Below, piece by piece: positions 1 through 11,492 of a DNA stretch of 64,000 nucleotides; position 1 is the stretch's first letter; every line of letters starts with the position of its first letter. Both the position numbers and the translations under genes were made by a program. Below the pieces are notes generated by a model. It saw only the letters and a list, made by a program, of their open reading frames with translations. It was not told where the DNA came from and searched no databases. Source of the DNA: Phyllosticta citribraziliensis (lineage: Eukaryota); NCBI RefSeq assembly GCF_038025025.1, contig NW_027117349.1, positions 372,001-436,000 of the forward strand, read 5' to 3'.

Positions 1-2861
1 TTTTGGCAATCTTTTACGCACGCCCTGTCGGATTACGGCCGGAAGAGTTGAGCCACAAGATTTGGATCAGTCACTGGAATAACTCGGCAGTCAAAGAGCC
101 ACATCGAGAGCGGAGAGCGAGCCAACATCCTAATTGCAGTTTTGCGCAGGAAGATATGTCGGGCGTTCCCGGCATGTCCCTCCTCTGCAGTGCAGTGCAC
201 CGAAACGGCTCTCAACGAAACCACAAGGTTACTGTATCAATCCGCAGCGAACAAATCCTGAACGCTGAAACGTGTCATTGCCGGCGGCTTGAGAGCAGGC
301 CGGCCTTGCTCTCTAGCCCCGGCACGCCGCGCATTCTTCGGATTCACTCTTGGTACTTCTTTCTCTCGCCTCGCTGGTCGCAAGAGCGCTTGGGATGATG
401 TTTTCCGGGATCGTCGCGGCCAGTTGGAGTCGAACTCTCCGCATGCACCATCGGTGGTGCCAAAGTACCAGGTGTTGTTCGTTCCACTCCCTCTTCTCGA
501 AAATGTCAAAGGTTTGAGATCTCATCTCATCATACGTCCTGTCTTCTCTACTTTGGTTCCTCTCTTGGTTTTGCTTCGGCGGTATCTGGCCTCCCCGTCG
601 TATTTCGCGTTTCCTCCATCAGTCATGAGTCTCGTGCACATAACGTTTCTATCTTTTCTTCAAAGCCTCTCACAGAGCTCGGTATTTGCATATCTTGACT
701 CCGTGCATGATTGCGAAGATGCTGGGTCTCTCTCCTCGCTACATTCACTTCAACACTTGTGCCTGCACACTGGAAACTGCTGTAGCTCGCCCTCTCCATC
801 ATCCACTTCAGATATTGTCTCCTACTCCTGGCCCGTGCCTCCTGGTCCGTGCCCCTGACCGCACCACCAGATCATCTTGACAACACGGCCTTTGCTACCC
901 TACCGTTTTGCCTCCTCTCCTTTCAAACACTTGAATCATCCAAAATCCTCTTCCCTCTGCTTTGTCTTCGCCAAACGCTCTTTCGTTTCTTTGAAGGTTG
1001 GCCTCAGCATGTGGCTCGTGCACACAGGCGCTTGCAAACCCACAACACCATCTGGTCTGCAAGCTAGGTACGGTCGCAATGCTTCAACACCACACCTCCC
1101 TCCCTCTTTTGCGAACTCCCCTGCTACAGCCTCTGCTTGTCCGCTTCATTTGTCCCCTGAATCCATGCCCCTTTCGGTGGCAGTCTCTCACAGACAAAGG
1201 GCGCTGCCGGCGAGACTTTACACATGGCCCTACTCGTCTACCTCTCCCCACGTCCTATTTTTCAAATTCCCTTCCGCCAGGCACCCACTATCGCTAAACG
1301 TCGCTTCCTCCGCCACGCCTGCTATCAGTTTCGCCGGAGTATTGCCGCCATGAAAACGCGTAGTCCTACGCGTCTTCTGGACGCGTCCTCCTCTTACAAC
1401 ACCTCCATCTCATCCTCCTGGCCAACGGCTTCATCATGCTGGTGCCTCTCTACCTCATCATCGACCTGGTAAAGAACCCCTGTTCCTTGTTCCAAAGATC
1501 CACTGCTCCATTTGCAAGACCTGAGAGCTAACGTCTCCTCACGGAAGTCCAGTGCCTGAGCCATGCGCTCACCTACGGTCGCGGAAACACAACCACAGAC
1601 AAGCCAGAGTTGCAGGAATGCTCCGGTCGCAGAAACATGATGGTCGCCAACCTCTACAGGCCCAGAAACACCACAACAGCAGAAGCATCACGGCCACAGG
1701 AACGCGTGGTGTTTCCTTTTTTGCGACCGTACCACTGCGTATCCACCTCCACAAGGCCTCCTTTCCAACCAGATGGCCAACCAGGCATCAGATCACAAGG
1801 CTGGCAGTGTGATCCTCTCCATCGCCCCTGCCCGCTGCCACGTTACAGCCAGAACGTAGGTGAACGTCCGTGGTGGTTGGCGCTCGGACCCCCTGAACCG
1901 CCGGATTAAGGCCGACACGGGTAAACACCGGACCATAATCCCCCTGAAGATGGTGTTTTGCCTGAGCAAGCCATTTCATTTTGCGGCTATGCCACTGTTT
2001 TCTCTTTCTCGTCGTCTCCGAAAGTTGTCTCTCGAACTTTCCTACGAGTCTCATTTCAATTCCTTGTCTGTTCGTTTTCCGTTCATGTCCGCATGTCAAG
2101 CCCAGCTCGTCGGTCCCCCTTCTCCCCTTTTGTTCTCCGAGTTTCGTCTTTCAAGTCTTTGTCTGTTCGTTTTCTATTCATTCCGCACGTCAAGTACAGC
2201 TCGTCATTGTATCCCCTTTCTCGTTAGCTCTTCCCTTTCTGGCTTGTCATTGTTGTTTTCTCTAACCACAATCGCGTCTAAGGGCTGGCTGTCCTTACAC
2301 ACTCACTGGTCGGCTGGCCACTCCATCTTCAACAAATTCTCTTGCGTCCGCAAGCTACACCTCCATTCTACGGCACGATGTGTGTCACCACTCTGGACCC
2401 CCAATTCTGGCTCACACATCGACATCGAGGACCCTTCACAAGCCAAATTGTCTCCCGTCTGGCGTCCCTGTCCATCACCACGCCACATGCGGCTCCTTGA
2501 CTGTGTTATCCCGCCATTCAACATTCAAGCTGTCACGCTGGTTGCAAGTCAAAGCTCGAGCCTTCTCATGAAATCTCCGATTGAATTCGCTTTGGCTATC
2601 TGAAGCACCAGTGTGGCTTGCTCTCTTCAACCCATCTTGCCACATGTCTCGAGGATGGAAAACAAACAAACCCATGACCTTCCGTGGTATCCATCTTGCC
2701 TGTCTGATCGCAGGCAAATCAGTTCGAAAAAAAAGTACAAACAATGGCACAATGATCCAGATCCCATTTCGTCAATCCAGAACGTCGAGTCGTCCAAGGG
2801 CGGCAAGAACAGGACTCGGCCAACCTCCCTACTCAATACTCGACGAAAACCCTTAGTCAGG

Positions 2862-4877
2862 TTAGAAGTAGCTTGACTTGGGGGCCGGACCGCCGTCGCC
2901 GGTGGGTGGGGCACGGCCGAAGGGGAGCTGTCCGCCGGTGTAGCGAGCCAGCGGGCCATTTCCACCAGACGGGAGGCTCGAAAGGCTGGAAGGATAACCA
3001 GCAGGGCCGAAGGGAAGGCCGGGAAGCACCGCAGAACCAGGTCGCTCGTGGGCGCCGAAGGAGAGAGCCGTACCGCTGCGGGAAGGGACCGAACGCACCG
3101 TGGCATTGGGATTGCCACGGTCGTACGTCGTGTGGCGAGCACGACGCTGATCCTCCCTCGCGTGAGCAGGCCACAAACCTGAATCAGGTCAGCAAAGTTG
3201 AGGAGGTAGTAGAGGCAAAATGCTTACCCTGCGTCTCGGCATTCTGGCGGGAACGCTGCAGCTTGGCGTCGTTGTTCGCCGCCGGGAAAGGCAGCTCCTT
3301 GCCAATCTCTCCAAAGAATGGCAGACCCGTCTGCTCGCTGAACTTGAACGCCGTCTCGCGGGTATGGAACAGCTTCAAGTGGTCAGCTCGACGAAATCTG
3401 ATCGAAAAAGCGGTGAACTTACGCGAGGACGGCAGTGGTGAAGCTCCAGCATGACCGAGGAGTTGCGGAATTTCTCGACGAGAGCCTCGACACCCTGGAC
3501 GGTCGCGTAGGACAGCGCCGGGTTCTTGCCAGAGCCGAGGTCTCCAGGCCAGCCGTGACCGACAAGTCTCTCGCAGAATGTGTGCACGTCCATTGCCGTC
3601 GCAAAGTTGACGAACGCGTAGCCGACGTTGTATCCGTTACGGAAATCAATGCGCAGGTACAAGAAGTCGTACCTGCCGAAAGAAAGCTTGCGGAGAAGGT
3701 CCTCGAGTTGGTACTACATGGCGTTAGAGAAACCAGGAAACCATCAAGAGAGGAAGACTTACCGTATCCATCTTGTTTGGAATGTTGCGTACCATGACGG
3801 TAGTCCTGACGTCGGCTCCGTCGCGAATGTTGTCAAGGGCAATAGCGTTGGCCCCGTTTTCGTCGTGGTGACGGCCGCGGCGGGGGACGAGCGCGTTGGA
3901 CTGGCGCGTGAAGCGCATGGACACCAGACCGGTGTTCTGGACCATCTTGGTACCTGCAGGGCTGTAGTCCACGACTGTGACACACCACTTGGTCGCCTGC
4001 AACAAGTGGTCAGCACGAAGGACAGCCATGGATAGATGAAGACTTACACCAATACGACTTCCAGCATGCTCAGACTTGAGCTCGCCCGCCATGCGAACGC
4101 TGTCGACCTCCAAGCGGTAACGGAATCCACGTCCGTAGTCGTTCACGAAAGTTGTACCGGGGACATCCGGAACACGGACGAAGGCACGCACCTGGTTGCG
4201 TCCCAGGTGTTCATCAAGAAATTCGAGCGCCGCATAGTAAGACATGGCGACGCTCTCCTCGTTGAGCTGGTCCTGCGCGGTTGTGATCTCCAAGACTACC
4301 TGGCCCTCGAAGGGGTGGACGACGGGGCGGGGGTCCGAAGGGCCGCAGAGGCGGAGCCATTCGGGAACGGTCAGGAACTCGCCGGGACCCAGCAGGTCGT
4401 TGAGCTCGCGGGCCTCTTCAAGGCTGGTCGGCTTGACCGCCATCTCGGCCTGGCTGAGCGAATCAAAGCTGAAGGCGATTAGACGGTTCGCGATTTTGAT
4501 CTTCTGAGCCCTCTTGAAGACGGTCCGCTGGAACAAATGTGAGCGACAGGGACAAGAGACGATTGCAGTGGACAAACCTCGATCACTGACTGCAGCACAT
4601 GCTCGCCAATACGGTCATAAGAGTCGTGCAGGCGGACGAGGACGTAACGCGTCGTCGCGTTCTCCGTGGAGAAGCGCTGGCTGAGGCGCGAGTTTCCGAC
4701 CAAGTCCTGGCCACCGACGCGAACGACATCATCAGTACCCTGGGCGATGGGCTGGACTGCAGGAGCCGTGCCGTTGGCACCATAGCCTTCATGCTCGAAC
4801 GGGATGATGGGGCTCGTGACGGGGGTGGTGTCGCGACCCTTGGAAGAGGGCGACGACGCATAGAGGTCGCGGGCCAT
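2862..4877 (-). CDS. mei2: Mei2-like RNA-binding protein with C-terminal RRM_2 (Mei2 RRM3) domain; about 5 introns
   Basis: Spliced exons give DVRTTVMVRNIPNKMD...GRYDFLYLRIDFRNGYNVGYAFVNF...LSYATVQGVEALVEKFRNSSVM, the Mei2-family RRM3 signature. ATG at 4877 (MARDLY). Last exon LWPAHAREDQRRARHTTYDRG ends at the stop at 2862. Confidence 0.9.
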
Positions 4878-5339
4878 GGTGTATTGGTGAGAGGTGTGTG
4901 AGGGACGGAAGATGCGAAACGAAGAGGAGGGAGGGTGGATGAAGAGGCACACAGGCAGAAAGAGAGAAGGACGGTGGTGTTGGCTTCTTGCTTCCGTTCG
5001 TGGTGGAGAGGAAGGAAAAGAGAAAGAAGAGGTCGAGGGTGGGTGCGAGGGAGGGTTTTAAAGGCGGGCTGCCGGGTGGTGCGCCTGCCTAATCCTATTT
5101 GAGGACGTGTTGGTGGAGCGATGGGGGGTCATGGGGAAGCCGTGGCCGCCGACGGGGGCTGCTGTATCGGGGCGCTGGCTGCGCACACCTGCAACACCAT
5201 GTCTACAGCCCTTGGGAATCAGATCAGGGGCTGGATATTGGCCAATTGGGCATGCCGAATCCAGCCGCGTCATCGGATTGAAGATGCAGTGTGGTGCAGG
5301 GGCGTGGTGGTGGGGGTGCAGAGTGCTTGAAGCAGCTCA

Positions 5340-5880
5340 AACACCATCACGACTTTCCCGGGGCTCGGACTGCCGCTACCACGGCGCTTGAAGGCCCTGA
5401 ACAAGACCCGCAGCCCGAAGAGGCAGCTGACAGCAGCCCGGGACGCCAAATGCTCAATCAGGCACAACGGCGCACAAATATCATAGGTACAACACCATCG
5501 CCACCGTTCTAGGGTACGGGCTGCCATCCCTATTGAAGACCTTGTAGCCCGAAGAGGCAGTTGACCTCGGGCCAGGCCGTAGAGAATGCTCACTTAGGCA
5601 CAGAAATGTACAGACATCTCAAGGGACAACACCATCACGGCATTTCCGGGGCACGGGCTGCCATCCCTACCGAAGACCCTAGGTCCCGAAGAGGCAGTTG
5701 GCAGCGGGTCGGGCCGCAGAATGCTCAATCAGGCACAAAAAGATTCAGATGTCTCAAGGTTCAACACCATGATAGCTTTCCCAAGGCGCGGGCTGCTTTC
5801 TCGGAGACCCCGTGGCCCGAAGAAGCAAGTAACAGCGGGCCGGGCCGCAGAATGGTTAGTCGGGCACAGCAGGGCACAGC
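5340..5880. repeat. Degenerate tandem array of 4 units of about 131-151 bp
   Basis: Anchors AACACCAT at 5340, 5491, 5628, 5763 and CCCGAAGA(G/A)GCA at 5414, 5548, 5685, 5816, each followed by an AATGCTCAATCAGGCACA-like block. Confidence 0.85.
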
Positions 5881-7938
5881 AGGGTACAGAAATCTGGAGT
5901 TCTTCAGATTGCTGAGGGCACAGTTTGAAGAGTCTGCATCTTTGCGTGCATAGCGAACAGGCAGAGCGACTCTACCCATGAGGGTTGGAGACTTGGGGGA
6001 GAGCTGAGAGCTCCCACGGTACTGCTTGCTTCCAAATGGCACAGAGTGGAAATTGTAGATCCCGATTGCATTGTATCTACCTGCATCTTGAGTCTGCAGA
6101 ACAGTGCCAAGTTCCACAGGCGAGGCTGTTACATGACCAGAGCTCGTAGAACAGCGTTTGCCCTCTGTGGACTTCCGGGTTGAGACGGTGCCAGTCCGGG
6201 ATACGTATACAGACTGTAACTTCGCCGGTCGACCGAAAGGGTAAAGCGCGGGTTTATGAAAATGTACGCATGTAGCTGTGAATTGCATTTCGATTTTGGG
6301 TGCAGCTGCACAATGTTTGTGGACATTGCCTTGGGCCATTGCTTTTCCCGCCACCAAGGAGAGCCTTTAAGTCTTGTCGAATCACCAGATCTCACCCGCC
6401 CAGACTCACCAAACGATGGTAACACACGACATGGCGACAATTGACCTGGTGTGCTACCTAGAGAACGACTCTCTTACCTTCTGGATAGGTTCGACCTCAA
6501 GCGCACAACATGAGACTAAAAGCACCTTTCTGTGGACGCATAAGGCAAGTCAAGAATGGACATACATCAAGATCTTGCTCGCTGACAGGGCACATCAAAA
6601 GTAGATCTGGTGGACTGGGGAGGCTGGATTGGCACTGGTACTCGACCCCTTGTGGCCACAAGGCTGCCGTGGACGCGCCTATGTTTGATAGGGCGGCCGG
6701 CGTCCGGAGAACCCTCAAGATGGCATCATCAGCGACTGCTCATAACATTCCGGAATGGAGGTCGAGGCATGACTGCGCGATTCCCACAGAAGACGCTGGC
6801 AGGACGATTCGCGGGACTGTCAAGGCAGACATACCGAGACGCATTGTCCTCGGTGCACAGGCTACACAGTTCAAGCAGGTATGGCGATGCCGTACAGAGA
6901 CGTGGCGCTGACATTTGAAAGCTTGGTCGAATGAAAATGACCTCCGTGGACCCATGGCACAGCAACAAGCTGGCTCGAAGCCACTCCAATCGTCTGCCAA
7001 ATATTTCGCAACAAAAGGGACACCGAGCTTGGGCGCAGGCTCTACCGAGGGTCTAGAGGCTCCAGGCATTGTCTGAATGGAAACCGGGCACAAACACCAT
7101 ACGTCATGATTCAGGGTTCTCAGAGGCACGAACGCGCGGGCTGGATCACGAGTTGGAAGGATCTGCGACGCTCTACATTGGCCCAAGGAAGATGAATTGG
7201 CCGCGATTGGTACACTGCGAAAGGCTACGAGTTATCAGGCAAGAATCGTCAACAGGAGTAGGAATGAGAGAATGGACAACGCGAAGCCGCAGGATCAAGG
7301 GCTAGTGGGAGATAGCAACAGTTGTGTGGCTCTACGGAGCGTTGATACTGGAATGGGACATGGCACTTGGGCAGTAGACATCAGGCTTGGAAATGTTGGA
7401 TCGCGCGGCTGGGGAACTAAACGCAGGGCTGCGGGATGGAGACCTTGCTGGGCCAATTTGCGGGCATGGCGGAGCAGACTCGAGGGTCTTGGGGCAGCCG
7501 AAGCTTGCTTGAAACCAGAAGATTCGAAATATTCTCTCCACTAGTATCCAGGTGAGGTCAAGTCAAGGTTCAGACGAGTGCCACGGTTACGAGCGCTAGT
7601 GCAGGGCTCCGCTGATATGGTGGCTCGAGCGTGCTGTAGGGCTGAGACGGCTCGGCCGTCCTCGTCGACCCGACCTCCATCGCGCCTCACCTCCATGCCT
7701 CTCAAAGAAAACCACTTGCTCCGACCCTGTGTCCGCCATCAAAAGCTTGAGACTGGCCGCTGAGCACCAGGCCACATAACGCACTCGGGATTCCATCACC
7801 AGATTCGTCAACAAGGCCACCTTTCATTGCTTCGGCACCCGCCCTGCCGCCTACGCCCGGGGTGGTTGACTAACGCGACCCTGTCCGAGAATCCGCGTCG
7901 ACATCCTCGCACCCAATCCCTTCCTCTAGCTCACCAGC

Positions 7939-10665
7939 ATGCCAGTCGCCATTGATCCGGCTGAGGACCTCGCCGCGGCCATTCACCAGGTAGACCAGCC
8001 CCTAACCAGCTGCCGGTCACGTGCTGACGGTCGTAGATCACCCTCTCTTCGTCCGACGCAGACTACATAGATCAGCTTGCCCCATTGCTCAAAGATGCAC
8101 GCAACGATGGCCATCGTGCTGGCCACATCATCCAAGCCCTCAACTCTGTTTCCGCCGAGCGCGAGGCTGCGATCGAGCGCATGTGCAACACGAACCATCA
8201 GGAATTCGTCAATTCAGTCAACCAGCTCCTGCGCGTCCGTGAGGGCACCGTAAACTTGACTGCTGAAATCCTCAGCCTCAGCCAGTCCATCCAAGCGAGT
8301 ACGGAAAAGCTCGCTGAGCAGAAGAAGGCTCTCGTAGACTCGCGAGGCGTACGTCAGAATGTCGACGAGGCAACAAAGGCGCTCAATATATGTCTCGAAG
8401 TCCTTCGACTCGCCAACCAAGTCCATGATCTCTTGGCAAGGAAAAGCCACTACGCTGCGTTACGCGCTCTGGATGAACTCCAAAACGTCCACCTTCGCGA
8501 GGTTTCGCGGTACAAAATCGCCGAGATGATTGAGAAGTCTGTTCCTGCAACACAGCGCCTGATTGCAGAGGCGGTCATGGCAGACCTCAACACCTGGTTG
8601 TACCGCATCCGAGAGGCCTCGCAATACATGGGCGAGGTGGCTTTCTACCACACCAACATGCGCCGCACAAGACATGAAGAGCGTTTGAAGGAAGATGAGT
8701 ACCTTGGCAAATTCAGGATCAACTCCGCCATTGAGCTTGTAGCAGACGAGGGAGACGAATTCGATATTTTGAACGACGATGAGACGGAGATCAAGGTCGA
8801 TTTCTCCCCGCTTTTCGAGGCCATGCACATTTACGAGACACTCGGCCGGATGGATGAATTCAGATCAGAATACGGCGCGACAAGGAGACGGCAAAAAGAA
8901 CTGCTGATTCCGAGTTCGCTCAATCTACTGGAGGAAGAGGACGGTGACCTGAGTAGCTTTCTCGAGAGTATTGCGGGCTTTGCCATTGTGGAGAGAGCGA
9001 CCATGAGGCGGACAGAAAATCTGAGGACATCGGTTGATGTAATATCTCCTTTTCTTCTACACCCATGGATGCGTTTGCTGAATCTTTACAGGTCGATGAG
9101 CTTTGGGATTCCATGTGTCAAAGCGCCATTGCACTAACCACCAATGCTCTGCACACAATCGACAGCGACGAGAAGCTTTTGAAAATCAAGGGCCGGATCG
9201 CGCTATTCCTGCAAACCATGGAGGTAGGCTTCGCTGTCTCCGCCCCCTGAGCTTGTTTGGTAGGCTAATTATCGCAGAGCTGGGAATATTCTGTTACTAG
9301 CATCAATACCCTTTTGCTCACGCTTTTCGATAAGTACTCCCAGCTCTTGAAGCGGAGATTCAGCGAAGACTTTCAAGAGATTGTCACGACGGACGACTAC
9401 ATGCCAATGCCAATCAACACACTCGACGAGTACGATAAGGTCGTCAATGTCAGCTGGTATACATCAGACACGCCGCGCGAAGAACTCACGTCAGTATTTG
9501 TACTCCCCACAGTCTTCGTTCGCTGACGAGATTGAAGCTTCCCATGTGTCCTTCCATTCTCTCAGATGTACCCTCTCTGCTGCATTGATATTCGCAATTT
9601 CCTCAATCAGATGTACCTGTTCTCGGATGACAACTTTCAGCGCTCTTCTGTAATCGATGAGACGCTCAAGAACGTAAGTGTGGTTCCCTTCGGTCGATGC
9701 TGTTCCATTAGTAACGCTACGTCAGTCACTCGACGACCTCCTGTGCGAGAAGGTCTGCAAGATGCTCGTGGACCGCCTCAGCTCTCAGTATCCCGGCCAA
9801 ATCGTCCAGATTCTTACCAATCTGGAACATTTTGAGACTGCTTGCAAGGAGCTCGAAGTACTTCTCTTCGAAGCACGGTCGTCAAGTTCGGCGACTGGGC
9901 CCATAACGCTCAACGCGACGGAGCACTTCCGCGCTGGCAAGAAGACAGCGGAGAAGAGAATCTTCGAGCTGGTCAACAGTAAGATTGACGACCTGATTGA
10001 GACTGCTGAATATGACTGGTAAACCTCCCCCTGTGACGCCTGTCGATACCCTGGCATGATGCTGACTTTGAACGTAGGGAGTCGACCAAGCCCGCTTCCG
10101 ATGTCAGTAATTACATGCAGGAGCTGACTCGCTACCTTTCCAACATCATGAGCTCGGTGCTTCTTGGCCTGCCAACCGAGATCAAAGAGCTCATTTACTT
10201 TGATGCCCTCAGCCACGCAGCGACCATGATCCTGGTGAGTAGAGCCCAGGTTGCTCCCAAGCCACACCTACTAACAACACTCTGCAGTCGCTCCCTCTCG
10301 ACGACGCCGTCAAGCGCATCTCACCCTGCGCCATTAAAACGTTTGCCGCCGACGTACAATTCCTCTCCAACTTCGTCGACACGCTCTCGAACCCGATCCT
10401 GCGCGAGAACCTGGACGAGCTGCTGCAGACGGTGTACCTGATGGAGACGGACAACCCGCTCGAGTTCTACGACGTGTCGCAGCGCAACAAGAAGTTCGGC
10501 CGCGTCAACCGCGAGCACGGCCCCATCTTGCTCGAAAAGGTCACCCAGGGCGCTGGCGTCACGCAGGAGCGCAGCGGCGTTGACAAGTTGATGAATCGGA
10601 TTGGCTTTGGGAGGGGCAAGGGTAGGGGCGCTGGCGATGGCGCCGGCAGCGGGGCTGACGACTGA
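7939..10665 (+). CDS. SEC15: Exocyst complex subunit Sec15 (multi-exon)
   Basis: Exons include IERMCNTNHQEFVNSVNQLL, VDFSPLFEAMHIYETLG, DDYMPMPI, FPCVLPFSQMYPLCCIDIRNF and KRIFELVNSKIDDLIETAEYDW. ATG at 7939 is followed by a GT intron after 7989. TGA at 10663-10665. Confidence 0.95.
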
Positions 10666-11492
10666 GCGCCTCTGAGGGCAGAGAAGCTGTAGTCACCATG
10701 AGGATGCAAGTCTGCGGAGTGTGTAATTATGCTTGCATACGCAGTGTATAATTTGAGCGTTGGTTCTCAAGAAGCTTTCCTTGCTGTAGAAGCGTCTCTA
10801 TCACATCCCCTGTCTTGTAGGATTACTGGCGAGATTCGAAGAGCAACAATAATACTGTATGCATTCTAAAATCCCCGCTGCCAAGTACAACATTATTTGT
10901 CGTAGCACCAACAGTATCCGGACCCCATAGGAAGAAAAAGTGCTCCCCATGAGACTCATGTTCTTGCGAAGAGAATAGTTTTTCAAATGTACTTCAGTGG
11001 CTTCCTGTTTCTAGGACGAGAACGCGGCAATGGCAAAAGCATTTGGTGACGAATCATCATGAACAAATATCGTGCCTTTGCGCAGGGAGAGATTGCTGAG
11101 TCTCGAGACCGAGGTTTTAGGGATGGGAGGCAGACACGGATACACATTCGCCGTTGACATTCCAAATCGCACAAGAGACGACGGACGAGTGTACTGACAG
11201 AGATAAGGTATGGATGGGAGCCCCATGGCAGACACCAGCTGCAGAGACCCATCTCGATATCTATGGCTGGGGGCAGGTTGACAGGCTACATGCGCCAGTC
11301 TACGCAACACTAAACTGAAATGCAACACAACGCAATGACATGCTATGCCACATCATGCCAAAGCCAGGACGGGGTATCTGGTCCAACAAAACTGCCTGCT
11401 CAACAGCGGAGACCAACTCCATTTAACTGCACCTCGGACTCCCATTTGCGTTTCCCACAGGCGGAGATTGCCGCGGACACGGGGCAGCACAG

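Noticed and set aside
5530..5537. CTATTGAA near-match to the MAT-type motif in the mei2 upstream array
   Set aside because: Single imperfect hit, not retained in the other repeat units.
5340..5880. CRISPR-like interpretation of the repeat array
   Set aside because: Eukaryotic context, whole units are homologous rather than identical repeats with unique spacers, and there are no cas genes.
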